Source: Pseudovirgaria hyperparasitica (lineage: Eukaryota). From it: DNA of 64,000 bases. Position numbers and translations under genes: made by a program. Below, piece by piece: positions 50,335-63,491 of the stretch (positions within the stretch are counted from its first letter, which is position 1; the number at the start of each line of letters is the position of its first letter). The notes beneath the pieces are model-generated. The model saw only the letters and a list, made by a program, of their open reading frames with translations, was not told the DNA's origin and did not search any database. The DNA lies in NCBI GenBank assembly GCA_010093815.1, contig ML996571.1; one strand, given 5' to 3'.

Positions 50335-52532
50335 GGTGAAGCAGTTGTCGAGGGACTCTTGAAATATACGGCTCAACGAAGGAGTGCTAAAGGAGCTGGC
50401 GGAGCGTGTAAACCAGTCACAGGCAAAAGATGGACTGTATATGTGAAAAAGAGAGTGTTGTGTGATCGATCCCAAGGAGTGGAGGACGACCAGCAGGCCC
50501 GAGAGGGGAATATCAAAGAGAGTGGTGATGCTTGAATGAGCAAGGAAGTTGAAAAGGATGAGAAAAGAGAGAAATGGGAAGAGGAGAGAAAGAGAGAGTA
50601 GTAGGAAGCGATGGATGGATGGAAGGATGGCACAATCAATTGGCGACGACCTGGGCTCGACCAGCACTTTTTTGGGGAGGGGGCAGCTAGCGAGACAGTG
50701 CCCCTGGACTAATCTCGACGCGCAGACGAATCACAGCAGCCTGCAGACAACAACGGCGGCCCGTTGCCGATCTCTGCTGCTGCTGCTGCTGCTGCTGCCA
50801 CACACACACGTTGAAGGTTATTCCTGTTCCTGTTCCTGTTCCTGTTTCTTCCTTTACTCCGCGAGTTGCCGTCATGAGACGACGCATATCATATACAGTC
50901 ATACAGCTCATGCAATTCTCCATCATCATCAATCGTCTGTTCGTTGTTGAGGCTGCACAGTAGTACAGTGGGAGCATGCATTGACCTCGATGTGCGCCAA
51001 TAGCCTACTTACTACTACATATACACCTTACGGGTGCTAAACTCTGGGCTGGCTGTCGGGCTGCAGCTTGTCCGGAGGCATAATAATAACACTAATCAAA
51101 TCCATATGCTCACTCATATCCACGCCGCATGGACGCACGCACGCACGCACGCACGCGATAAGGACGAGATTAGCTATTAGATCGATGGATACTGTGCAGA
51201 TATTGACGCATCTACGACAGACAGTGTGTGTGTTATAAAGATAGAACGGCCCTATTCCAACGTGAAAATCTGCAGCAGCATCCACCCATCGCACATCTGA
51301 TTATCAGCCACGATTCACTAGCCACAGCGGCCCAGAGAACAGGGAAGGTGCCGGCGCCACAGATAGTCTATCAGTCCAGTCCCTCGCACCTGCCTCTATT
51401 ATGGTCGACCGGCCGCCTTATCGCATGCGGAAATTGCGATGATCGATGTCGACGTCAGCATCACGGTGCAGACAGTGGCTGGTGGCTGGTGGCGGTGCAG
51501 CTCAGTATTCGGGCTTCGTTCAATAGAGACTTCTGCTGCTTCATCTTCTTCTTCTTCTTCTTCTTCTTCTTCTTCTTCTTCTTCTTCACCACCAGTCAAT
51601 CATCGCAGTCATTTTTGCATTTAATCTTACCTCGATCCTGTCACGCTCCAGTTTTCCACGAGCCTAAAAACTGGAGATGCTGGCTGATCATCCATCACGT
51701 GCAACTCCCTGAGTGCCGGTGCCGGAGTGACGATACGAAATCCCATCAGTCGTCGGCGTCTCGTCTGCTTACTACTATCTTCCCGGTCACCTGATATCTA
51801 ACCACGGGACTGCTGCCTGACTGCCTGACGGCCTGACTGCCTGACCGCCTTCCACTTGTCGCACCAATCCCCTTTACGTTCTTCACTGCATAGTCAAAAC
51901 CGTGGAACGTTGCACCATCAATATTTCAAACGTCAATCGTCAAGGGTTGCGTTCATGCATCACTTACGCTTCTTCTCAGATGTCTGAAAAACTTGCATTC
52001 CCATCATGCTTCATCCGGACACATGACTCGCTCACAAGTCTTCGTACACTCCATCCGTCATCGCTTCCTCGCATTTCTTCTCTCCTCCATCGCGCTATCA
52101 TGACCAACTCGTCCTTCAATGTCAAAGCCACCGTCTGTAGAACCAGGCCATCGTGACCAACTAGAACTCTGATAGACTCGTCCTCACTGGCCTGGACTGC
52201 CTAGCCACTGAGGCTAGTGCTGCTCCCACGCCACAACCGCTACAAACCCCCGTCATCGAATCAATCCACCACACCACCCGTTCTGTTGCGTGCAAACATC
52301 AGGTTTTGGTGATGCGACTCATCCACACCGTCATGGCTGTTGACGGGAGTCGCTGCGGGCATGGAGGAGTCTTCCTTCTCATCCATGTCCTATTTCTAAC
52401 AGGACACCCTTGAGTATTACTCCTTGTCGTAGATCTCACAGTCCTTCTCCCTTTTCCGTACATCTGTGTATCCGACAGCCCTACCAACAATCATATTGAC
52501 GCCCTCTTCGGATTCATCCCCAATTCCTCATC

Positions 52533-53571
52533 ATGAACGTCAGTCGGCCCTCAAAGGGCATCCGCATGCCCTGGCAATCCATGCACATCCACCGACACCT
52601 CCCCGACTCGGAACGCGCCCCCCGCCTGCCCCTATCCTTCCTCCCACGCACCGCCAAGCGCTACGTCGTCGCCTGCGCCGGCGAGTTCGTCGGCACATTC
52701 ATGTTCCTCCTCTTCGCCCTCGGCGGCACAAACGTCGTCAACACGGCCCCGGCAGAGGGCGCAAACTCGGCCGACCTGTCCGCGAACCCGAGCAAGATCA
52801 TGTTCATCGCGCTGTGCTTCGGCATGAGTCTGGCCGTGAATGCATGGGTGTTTTTCCGGATTACGGGGGGGCTGTTTAATCCCGCGGTGACGTTTGGCAT
52901 GATGATTATTGGCGCGATGGAGTATGCCAAGGGCGGCATGATTATCGCGAGTCAGATCCTCGGCGGCATTGCGGCGAGTGCGGTTGTGAGCGCCATGATG
53001 CCGAATGTGCTTGCGGTCAAGACGGAGCTGGGCGGCGGCACGACGGTCGTGCAAGGCCTGTTCATCGAGGTTTGTAGCCTTTCTTCTCCCCTCCTTTCCA
53101 GACGCGAAACTAAGCAAAGGACAGATGTTCCTCACCGCCCAGCTCGTCTTCACCATCTTCATGCTCGCGACGGAGAAGCACGCGGGCACGTTCATCGCCC
53201 CCGTCGGCATCGGCCTCTCCCTCTTCGTCGCCGAGCTCATGGGCGTCTACTACACCGGCGGCTCCGTCAACCCGGCCCGGTCCTTCGGCCCGTGCGTCGT
53301 CACGCGCGACTTCCATTCCTATCACTGGATCTACTGGGTCGGTCCCGTGCTGGGCAGCCTGCTGGCCGCCGCCTTTTACACCTTTATCAAGGCGCTCGAG
53401 TTTGAGACGGGCGATCTGGAGCCGGACAGCGAGGCGGCGGTGGAGGTGCCGTTGGATCGCGAGAGTGGTGGTGCGGTTGCGGCGGATGCGGGTCCGACGC
53501 CGGGGTTGATGACGAGGTCGACGGGGACGACGGATGTCTTTCAGAAGGGTCCGGAGCTGGAGAAGGCGTGA
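52533..53571 (+). CDS. Aquaporin (MIP family, water-specific type)
   Basis: GEFVGTFMFL, GGLFNPAVT, GGSVNPARSFGP, HWIYWVGP; intron ~53070-53124. Confidence 0.95.
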
Positions 53572-54967
53572 TGGGTCGAGGGCGGCATGTGTGATGGGTT
53601 ATGAGTTATGAGTTATGAGTTATGAGCCATGCACGGCACGGCACGGCACGTACACGCAGCGAGTGTCTTTTAATATAGTTCACACAAATCATATAATTAT
53701 ACAGCCCAGTCATCTCCCCTGACTCCAAAAGTACAAGAAAAGAAAGAAAAGCGAAAGCCATCCGTGATACACGGCAGTCTGACAGCAGTCCAAACGACTG
53801 ACCACGCCCACGGGAACGACTTGAATCATGACACGGAAGAAATCAAGGCGCGTGTACTAAGTGCATTGCATAATCGCGACGATGTGGTGGTGGTGATGAT
53901 GGTGATAGTGATAGACTAACTGAGTCGAGGGGTGTGCGGGTCATGCGAGGCTGTTTAACGTCGTTCTGAGCAGCTGATTCATCAGGTGGACGTTTCGAGT
54001 TGGCTGGGGTGGTTTAGGTAGCTAGTGCGATTTGGGATGGTATGTTACGGTTTTACTGCTGTTAGTAATCAGGTAGTAGATCGTCTGGCTTAGGTAAGCG
54101 ATGCTATGCTTCTATTTTCCGTGGAATCTACGTCTTGTTTTTTTTTTTTTTCGTTCTTTTTATTTTGACTTAGTCTAGGTGAATTCCACCTCGCAGGCTG
54201 CGAAACAGAGCTATATATATGTTCTCAAATAATTCCATATTACACACGGTAGGATCCTAAACTATATAACGATACGACGTAACACCAATTCTTATAATAC
54301 AAATAATACACCAGACCCTAAGACATCTCCCCCGGCGCTAAACCCACCTAGACCCACACCAAACGTCGCGCGGGACGGACCTCGTCATCTGCGCCTGTCG
54401 CACGCATTCCATGGATCTACTCTATGCAAGCAATCGCATTCTCTTCTTGCGTGAGATGATGACTGTGAATACTTCCACACAGAGACACCGATTGTTAGTC
54501 AGGAAGGGGATATGGGGATATACGTCCACCGCATTGATGCATGACTGGATAGATAGATGGATGCATGACAGAAAGAAAGGAGGTGAGGAAGAAAGACGCA
54601 GTGGTGTGCTCAGTGTCAGGGTCAGGGAGTTAACATTCGACATCCACGAGACCAGACCACGTTTAGGTTCCGCGTCTTGGACGGATAGCGGGCGTGCGAG
54701 GCAGGTGAGGTAGGTGGGTGTGTAGTGTAGGTAGCATGTTGCTGCTGTCGATCCATAAACAAAACACGGATTGTCTGCTCCTGGGTTTCGACGATATACT
54801 GACTCTCACACCTACCTACCTATATACATACATATTCATTCTATCCCTATATTCCCAAGCCCTAACCCCCAAACCCAAACCCTAACCCAACACCCCCTCC
54901 TCTACAACCCCCCAAACAACCCCCCAATCCCCCAACCCCCCCAATCCCCAAACCAACAACCCCAAAA

Positions 54968-55857
54968 ATGGGCATAACCCTCTCCACCGAACCCACCCCC
55001 CTCACCCCCCTCACCCTGACAACAACCACAATCGGCCTCCTCGGCTTCGCCTTCACCCTCTCCACCTTCTTCAACGTCTTCTGGTCCGCCATCCACACCT
55101 TCGCCCACGCCCCCACCCAGATCCAAGACCTCCTCGGCAACCTCAAGCAAGCCCTCTACGAGGAGCGGCGCCATCTGAGGGAGATTCGGCGGCGGGGGCG
55201 GGGGCGGTCGGGGCGGTGGAAGGGTGGTCCGGGGACGGGGAGAGGGACGGGGAGAGGGAGAGGGACGGGGACGGGGAGAGCGAACAGTGGCTTCAGGGGG
55301 GAGAAGTATGACTACGACGACCACGACGGGGACTGGGAAGTAGAAGACGACACATCGACCCAAACCATGCGCACCACGATCCGGCACCTCATCGCCGCCT
55401 TCAAGGCGCTCGAAGCCCCCTTTCTCGAGCCCGGGCGCGCGTACTACGAGGACACGAGCTGGGCGGGGGTGAGCGGAGCGAGCAGGACAGAGAGCGGAGC
55501 AGCAGCAGGCGGCATAACAGCAGAGCGAGAAGCAGACTGGTACACGACGCCGTACAGGAAGTGCGGGGTGCGCGAGCGGTGGGTGTGGGTGCGGCGGGCG
55601 AGGAAGGAGGCGGAGGGGCTGATGGGGGCGCTGGGCAGGGTGCAGATGAGGAGGGTGGCGAGGGAGGTTGGGGAGTTGTTTTTGTGAGTTCTTTTCTTCG
55701 TTCGTTTGTTTGGGGAGGGGTGAGAGAGAAAGGGGGGCTAATGTGTTGTGTTAGTGTTGTGCGGGATATGGAGGGGGAGGTTGGGGGGATTGAGGAGAGG
55801 GTGTTTGGGGTGGAGCAGAGGTTGTTGAGGGTTGTGGGGGTGCGGAGGGTTGGGTAG
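54968..55857 (+). CDS. Hypothetical protein with an N-terminal TM helix and a coiled-coil-like C-terminus
   Basis: 239-aa ORF plus intron ~55684-55754 (GTGAGT..CTAAT..TAG) and a last exon ending RVVGVRRVG*. Confidence 0.7.
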
Positions 55858-57044
55858 GGGGTGGATTGGGGTGCTGGGGGTTGCTGGAGGATTTGGATGA
55901 TGTTTGGTGCGTGAGAGGCGCATGTTTACGGCGATTGAGGACGAAGGATACCTGAACCTGTCTTCATCCCTTACATCCACGACGAACGCTGCGGGAAGGC
56001 AATGATATGCTATACGTCCTGACTAGGCCTCTCTTTCCTCCCGTATCCTTCCTCTTCTCCCTACCCATATACTATACGTCACACCAACAACGACACCAAC
56101 GACACCAACGACACCAAACAGACTCGAACAAACTCGAATAGACTCGAACGATATTGAACAGAATTGAACGGAATTGAACGAACCCGAACGAAATTGAATG
56201 GACGAATGGACACACGAACGTATAGACGAATGGACGAATGGACGCACGAACGTATACACGCATACACGAAACGGTCGTATACACGCATACACGCAACGAA
56301 CGTATAGACGTATACACGTATACAAGCATGTACATACAACCAAACACACAAACACACATACACAAAAACCGCCAAACACCCCATCCCCAGCCATGACGAG
56401 TAAGCAACAAGCCGTAGGATAGCTTTTAACGACAAGCAGCAGCAGCAGTAGGAGGAGGAGGAGCAGCAGCAGGAGAAAGAAGGCAGCCTATTCGATAGGT
56501 TATACATTGTTTCCAATATCGTGGTTTGAAGTCATGGCTAGAGTTCGTAGGCAATAGATCAAAGTAGACAGACCGGCTATAGACAATGGACGATGGACCG
56601 GAGGGGGGATTCACAGAACGAGGGGTTATAGATCCAACGACGCGCCACGAGGTAGATAGACAGACAGACAGACAGACAGAAACGACAAAAACGACGCAAA
56701 AACACACAACGGAGATGGGGAGAAAACGGACAAAGGAGACGGCGAGAGGCGAGAGGCGAGAGGCGAGAGAGGCACGGTGGATAGGCAGGCATGGTAGGTC
56801 GATAGGTCGATAGGTAGGCATGTATACATGCATGCATGCGTTGTAGATAGGTCATGTTAGACAAATAGGTATATAAATAATTCAAAAATCTGCGTGCGTT
56901 CGCTCTCCGCTCTTCGCTTCGCTACTATCTTTCGCTCAAGTCAAACGCCGTACGCTGTTTAAAAACAACCAAGACTAAGAAACTCCGCTGTTGGAAAATA
57001 TCTACAAGGCGTGATGGATGTATCATGCCGTACCATATGATGAT

Positions 57045-57170
57045 GCCGTGCTGTGCTGTGCTGTGCCGAGCTGTGCCGTGCCGAGCCGTCATGCCGAGCC
57101 GTCATGCCGTGCCGTGCTGTGCTGTGCCGTACCGTGCCGTGCTGTGCTGTTACATCGTGCCGTACCGTCA
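57045..57170. repeat. (GCCGT/GCTGT)n pentamer repeat
   Basis: Degenerate 5-bp tandem repeat, directly visible. Confidence 0.8.
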
Positions 57171-57251
57171 TGGTATATAGCCGTATCCGCATATCCGTAT
57201 CCCATATCCCACATCTGTATCCCACATCCCATATCCCACCCCCCTTAATCG

Positions 57252-57432
57252 CACACAAGGCACACAATACACAAGGCACACAATACACAAGGCACACAAT
57301 ACACAAGGCACACAATACACAAGGCACACAATACACANNNNNNNNNNACACAAGGCACACAATACACAAGGCACACAATACACAAGGCACACAATACACA
57401 AGGCACACAATACACAAGGCACACAATACACA
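57252..57432. repeat. 16-bp minisatellite (CACAAGGCACACAATA)n spanning an assembly gap
   Basis: Identical tandem units with a 10-N gap at 57338-57347, immediately 3' of the noxA stop. Confidence 0.93.
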
Positions 57433-57466
57433 CCACACAAACCCACCCCCTCCCCTCAAGAACCCC

Positions 57467-59252
57467 CTAAAAATGCTCCTTCCAAAACTTAAACCTCACC
57501 TCCCGACTATCCGCCACGCGACAAGCCCTCTTAATCTCCCTCGCCGCCACACTCGGCCCACAAAAGTAAACCCCCACATCCGTGCGCAGACTGCTCTCCA
57601 ACCCGCCAATATACGTGCGATTCATGATGCCGTCGCGCATGGCCGTTAGGAGCTTCGGAAAGTCGGGGCGGCCGAAATTGGTGCGGGAGCGCAGTTCGGT
57701 CAAGGGGTCCTTGTCGGTGCCGACGGAGTTGAGGACGATGTTCTGGGCGGTGTCGGCGTCGACTTTCTGCGTGAGGTAGGTGTGGATGCGGAGGAAGGAT
57801 TCGTGGTCGGAGCCCGGGGTGGGGGTGTAGCCGCTACCGCCAGACGTCTGGTTCTCGAGCGAGAGGAGGAGCGTCTGGAACCATTCGAACGAGGAGGTGT
57901 CTCTGCAGACCCAGATGAACTCGACGCGGCGGAGGCGGCGGGGCGGATTGGGGCTGTTGCGCAGATGGTAGATGTTCTTGAGGATGGCGGCCCAGGGGGT
58001 GACGCCGATGCCGGTGCCGATGAGGACGGCGATTTCGTTGTCGAAGACGTCTTCGGCCGGGGCGCCGTACGGCCCGTCGATGCGGATCTTGGGCATTTCC
58101 TGGCCGTGCTGCAGCGCGACCTCGTACATGCCCATGGGGTCGAGCTCGTCGTAGATTTTGGCCTGCGATTGGCCGGCGCCGAGGGCGTCGGCGAGGGCGC
58201 GCGTGAAGTCGCCCACCTGGCGGACGTGCACGGAGACGTAGGGGTCGAAGGGGCAGGAGGTGATGGTGAAGGGGTGCCATTGCTGGTAGGAGACGGACGG
58301 GCAGTTGAGGAAGAGCCATTGGCCGGGTTTGTACTTCATGGATGGCTTGACGAATTGGATTTCGACGGCGTCTGGGCGGGGGGAAGGGGGTTAGTATTTG
58401 CTTGTAGGATGCTTCCCTGGGAATAAGGAGACTTACCGTATGGATGGCGGACGACACGGACGATTGTGGTCTCGCGACGCATGCGGATTTCGCGGTAGAG
58501 ACGCTCGATGAGGTAGATGCCGCCGCCAAAGAGCTCCCATCGCCAGCCCTCGTAGCCGATGCAGTGTTTCCAGAAGTTTGTCTTGTCGAAAGGGGAGTAT
58601 GGTTGCGCGCTGTCACGGACGAAGCAGCCAGTGGCATGGGTGTACATGCCGAGCAGGAACGGGATGAAGAGGTGGTGGGTGTACCAGAACGTTTCAAACG
58701 ACTGTTGCCGTATCCTGGCGTGTGCGGTCGTGTACATCAACATCATGCAGAGAAGCATGATGTGCCCCGTGATGCCGCCGGCCTGCGCGTAATGGATCTG
58801 GACTGCAAGCTCCGGCCGGACTTGGGTCTTCTCGACGTTGAAGAAGTTGACGTAGTGGGCTGCGGTATGGCAGATGGTGAAGAAGAGCATTGCGTATGCC
58901 ACCTGTCGATGGAACCACTGTGACTCGTCGAGTGGGAGCCACCTAATCTTCGGCCGGATGACTCGAAGCAGATTCCTGCACATTGGCAGGATGATCAGGA
59001 GGATATCGACCGACAGAATCAGCCCGGCGCCTCGAGATATCCACACAGAGTACTGCAGTCCGTTCAGCGGCGCCAACCGTGCGTCGCCCTGTTGTTTCCA
59101 CCTACATGCTGTCAGTCAGTCCATGGCCGGCAGAACAATCTCAACAAGACTTACCATCCTATAGCAAAGATGGCCCAGTGAAAGCCCCAGAATACAAAGT
59201 AGAAGAAGAGTTTCCGGAATGTGAACTGATCTTTCCACGATCTTACAGCCAT
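57467..59252 (-). CDS. noxA: NADPH oxidase NoxA/Nox1 (gp91phox homolog)
   Basis: MAVRSWKDQF start; SRGAGL, PMCRN, FHRQVAY, FWYTHHLF, QWHPFT, DGPYG, GTGIGVTP, FCGP, FWKEHF; two introns. Confidence 0.97.
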
Positions 59253-62200
59253 CTTGTCCTGTGTGAATTTTCAATATTCTGAAAGAAATGGGGTATTGGT
59301 GTCTCTCGTTAATGCGCTCCCGGTAATGCTACAGACGTGTGTATTCGTGAATTGTAGTTTTGAGATGTAAATGCAGGATTACGAAATTAGCAACAGGTAG
59401 GAGGAGATGGGAGTGGCCTGCACCGGCAAAGGAAAGCAAATAGACCAGAGGAAGAAAAAAAAAAGGACCGGCCAGCCAGAAGAGGAAGTGAAGAATTAGA
59501 GAGTATGGCTCCAAGGAGATGGACAGCGTCTGGACAGAGACTGTTTCGGGGTGGGGACGATGTTAAGAAGGACTGGCAGGGTCGACGATTGAGCGGTCTG
59601 AGCGGCGCTGATGGTATTGCAAGGACAAGTGTGAACGTTGGTGCGAACACTCGAAACCGGCCGTATCAGCAATATGGACGGCTCAAACGGTCGTAAGAAC
59701 CCTTCGACGATGGGGCCGCTTGACGGTGGTGGTGTTGACAGACGATCGGCTCGCGTGGGGCAACGTGTCAAGGCGCCGATTCTGGTAAGAGAGATAGAGT
59801 ACAGAGGGAGAAGATGTCATGCAGAAGTCGGCGGTCGAATCTGCGTCTCAGATCTGTAGCGGATCTCGGGGTATAGTTTGACGACGTTTGAGATGACCTT
59901 GTAGGGCGGTGGTAGATGGCACGGATGTCAGCGCATGTACCCTTCCTTGATATCCTTTTCGTCTCGGAAGACCGAGAATAGGCAGAGAGAGGGACGCAAT
60001 CCCTATCTCATCATCGTCATCATGCAAACGGGAAATAGCTGTGTGGTGGTGAGTTCACGGATGAGATGTACTGATAGACTGGTGGTGGTGATGATGATGA
60101 TGATGTTTGCGCAAGACCTGGACCAGATTTGATATAATACTGGCAAAGATGTTGTTGCTATTCTCGCAGTGGCAGTGAGTACAGCGCTTCCAAGAAGACG
60201 ATTTGCGGTGCTGAGTTGAGCGAGCGCAAAGGGAATCTGAGACGTTGGAGGCGCTGAAGGGGTGCTTCTGAGACGAGGGGTGTGAGACGGGAGGGCGGGA
60301 AAAGCGTTAGCGAGGCGGTTTTGCTTTTGGTGGGCAGCAGTTGTTCGGGCGACACGGATGGATTACGTAGCAGTGACTTGGCAAGAGACACGAGTGTAGA
60401 AGTCGAAATGGTGGTGGTTGTGGTATAATGGATGTATATCCAAGATGATGATGGTGATGCTGGTGTTGAGAAAGCGTGTCGTCAAGTGTGCAGGCCAGGC
60501 ATGGATAGGCACAAACAGGCACAGACAGGCACGCAACGCATTGGAACGCAACGCAACGCAACGCAGCGGGAGTCAATTGCGGAGCGCTTGTGGAAAAAGG
60601 CTGGACCCGCCGACAAGGGCTAATACTACATGATATGGGTTACCCTCGCACGCTCTCCCCGCTGCACATGTACGGCGTAGAACTCTATCACAGCTACAAA
60701 GCTACAGAAAGGGACCATCTTCTCCGTCAAGTCACAAGGGAGGGGGAGGAAATTGAGCAGGCCACCAATGGAAATGCGCAAAAGGCCAGCCGAGAAAGAA
60801 CAAGGCTAATAATGGTTGAATAGCTAAGCAGACGGTCTGGACAGTCAACGGTCCAACCAGCTGTGGGAGACAAAGAAGAGGCAGGGCGAGGCAGGGAGAG
60901 GGCAGCCAATCGACAGCGAGCTGTACGCGCTGCCTCTACGTCGTCCAAGACTCCAAGACTCGAAGCGACCTGACGAGCCTTTTTCATTGGGTTGTCGGAA
61001 AAGCAGATACGGCCAAGTATCAAGCCACACAGGTCGAAGCATCGTGGAAGGTTCCTATTCATAGATATGTACTGGCATGCAATCTCCCAAGGCCGCTTCG
61101 GTGGCCAGAATGTGGCAATGTGAGAGTGATCAAGCCGCAATCGATAGCGAGATGTGACTTGTGGCGCCATCGTGGAGTGCACGACTCGTGTAGTGCGCTG
61201 AGTCGTGCAGTTTGTGGTAGCCGCATGATCAACCATCTTTGACTAGCGATGATAGATGTGAGGATGGTAGATAGTGCTATAGACAAGCATGGCACTCCCG
61301 TCTAGTAACATGGTGCTGGCACGTTCTTCGTTTGTGCAAAGTCGTTTGGGTAGACGGTTCTTTCGGCTTTGCTAGTGGTGATGTCGTCGATACACACTCT
61401 CCACTGCCCAGTGGCCATGCTACCTCTTGCGGCTAATGTGGTGGAGAGTCCGGCAGTCAGTCGTCCTGGACCAACAGCCTCCACACACATGGCCACTCGA
61501 AGCAAAGCATGAATCCGGGAGATGACAGGAGGTTAACGCTGACGCTGACAGGAGTAGAGCTGCAGAGAGAGGCTCAGCGATGCGCGCACCATGTCTTTCT
61601 TCACGGAACTGTGCCGGACGAGCGACAACAGGCAGAGGGCAATCGGATCTGAAGCACGTCTAAGCAACGTGTCTCTCATGCACAGCCAGGCATGACGATG
61701 CTAACGATGCTGATGATGATGATGATGGAGAGGAAGCATTAATTAGCGATATGTGAGAGAGAGAGAGCGGCAGTAGCAGCAGCACGTGGTGGGCCATGCG
61801 ACGGGCGAGAGTGGGGTCTGGCAGCTGGGACGGGTCTCTGGGATCCGTCTGGGTGTCTGGGAGTCTGGGTAATTAATTAGAAGGGATAACCGTGCAAGCG
61901 AAGTGGACGGACGACAGCAGCAGCATCATCCTAAAGAGGTTAAAGAGAAACGAAGAATCTACTTGCAATGCAGATGATGGAACTCTACGCGTGTTGAAGC
62001 GAGAGGGGGAGAGAGGAGAGGTGAAGCATAGAAAGCAGCAGGATTACTATAGTGTATGATTGATGTGCAGGACAATTGACCAATCAGAACGGCTGAAAGG
62101 CTTCATGGTTGATGCACAGACAGCGGGCGGAAGCGACTCGCCAAACTCGCCAAAGTGGAACAGATGCAGCAAAAGCAGCCCAGAGTTCGGGCGAGTCGGG

Positions 62201-62372
62201 GCGTCTTTGTCGTCTTTGTCGTCTTTGTCGCTCCCAATTGGCGGACACTCGGCGGGACTTGGGGGGGACTTGGGGGGCACTTGTCACTGATTCGGGGGGA
62301 GGGGGGCAGCAGGGGGATGATGGCGATTGGGCACGCCACGAACGGCAAACATCCCTGTAGTCTTCTCTTGTC

Positions 62373-62380
62373 GGCGCTTA
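62373..62380 (+). promoter_or_regulatory. Candidate PRO1/ADV-1 binding motif GGCGCTTA
   Basis: Exact GGCGCTTA ~620 bp upstream of the noxD ATG in the shared noxA/noxD intergenic region. Near matches GGCGCTGA at ~59604 and ~60250. Confidence 0.45.
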
Positions 62381-63000
62381 AACTCATGCACGCTTCATGC
62401 ATCACAACCCATACACTTCAACACACTACTCGACATCCTCTCTCTCCACTTCATGCCCAGTCCCCCAGTTCGCATCCTCTCTACAATACCAAGCCTGCAC
62501 ACTGTCAGCCATGCCTGTTTTCGTTAATCGCATATTCTGCTGCTTGCCCGTCTGCTCCTCCCCCCCCTCTCCTCCAATGAGCCCGCTCGAGCCATCTTCA
62601 TTACGAGCCTTCTCTCTCTCTTCTTCTTCTTCGCATGAACTTCTACCCCATCTTACCGCTCTCATGACACTCGACGAGTATCGTCTCTCTACATCTGACA
62701 CTCTCCACGCTGCTTCCGATCTACTCCACTGAGCCGCACCATCACTCACTCCGTCCTCCCCTATCGAGAAGCTTCATCTTATCTTGCACGCCAGAGAGCG
62801 ATATAACCGTCCGCCGTTCCGCCCTGCCATACATACCGTTGCCCGAGCATGTTCCTGAGATAGTCAAGCTGAGCCATTTCGCTGTGCGATTTCGCTCTAC
62901 CCCGTGCTGAACATCGACTCTTTGATTGATCAAGAACCGCTGGCAACGGTCAATCGTCCTTTCTTTTTCACTTTCTCAAACCTCCATACCATACCACATC

Positions 63001-63491
63001 ATGGGCAAGCTGATCAAGAACCACTGGGCCCGGCTGATCGTCCTCACTGCCGCAGCGTGTAAGTCTAATTCCATTACACAGCTTCAAAGTACTGACGCAA
63101 TCCTCCCCCAGACCAAGTCGCCGCCTCAATAGAAGGCTTCTTCTGGCCCAAGATCTTCTGGGACTTTCTCACCAAGAACCTCGACGGCGCCGTCAAGCCC
63201 GTCCCCGCCCTCCAGATCCTCAATCTCGTGCTCGGCCTCTTCGCGCTCGCCTTTGAGTGGCCCATCAGGCCCTTTGCCGGCACCACCATCCACCGCTCCA
63301 TCGAGGCCCGCCTCGTCATCTATCCGCTCTCCGCCCTCTGCTGCCTGCTCATGTACCAGTCCACCAACCCGGGAATCTACTACACCATTGCCATGGGTGT
63401 CTACTTCTGGGCCTACAGTGAGGGCGAGATTGTCTGTCCGGAGCCGTGGACGCTGCCGAAGCGTAGCGCGCGCGGGCCCGTCAAGGTCTGA
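63001..63491 (+). CDS. noxD: NoxD/Pro41 (fungal p22phox homolog)
   Basis: MGKLIKNHWARLIVLTAAA|YQVAASIEGFFWPKIFWDFLTK...EWP...YFWAYSEGEIVCPEPWTLP; intron ~63059-63111. Confidence 0.92.

Noticed and set aside
54860..54965. Telomere-like CCCTAA repeats
   Set aside because: Only two scattered copies inside a generic C/A-rich leader.
57252..57432. CRISPR-like repeat array
   Set aside because: The units are contiguous with no spacers, the context is eukaryotic and there are no cas genes.
56023..57459. Cys/Val-rich minus-strand ORFs
   Set aside because: They are translations of microsatellites and minisatellites.
62577..62732. uORF upstream of noxD
   Set aside because: Low-complexity pyrimidine-rich sequence; the TSS is unknown, so it cannot be supported.
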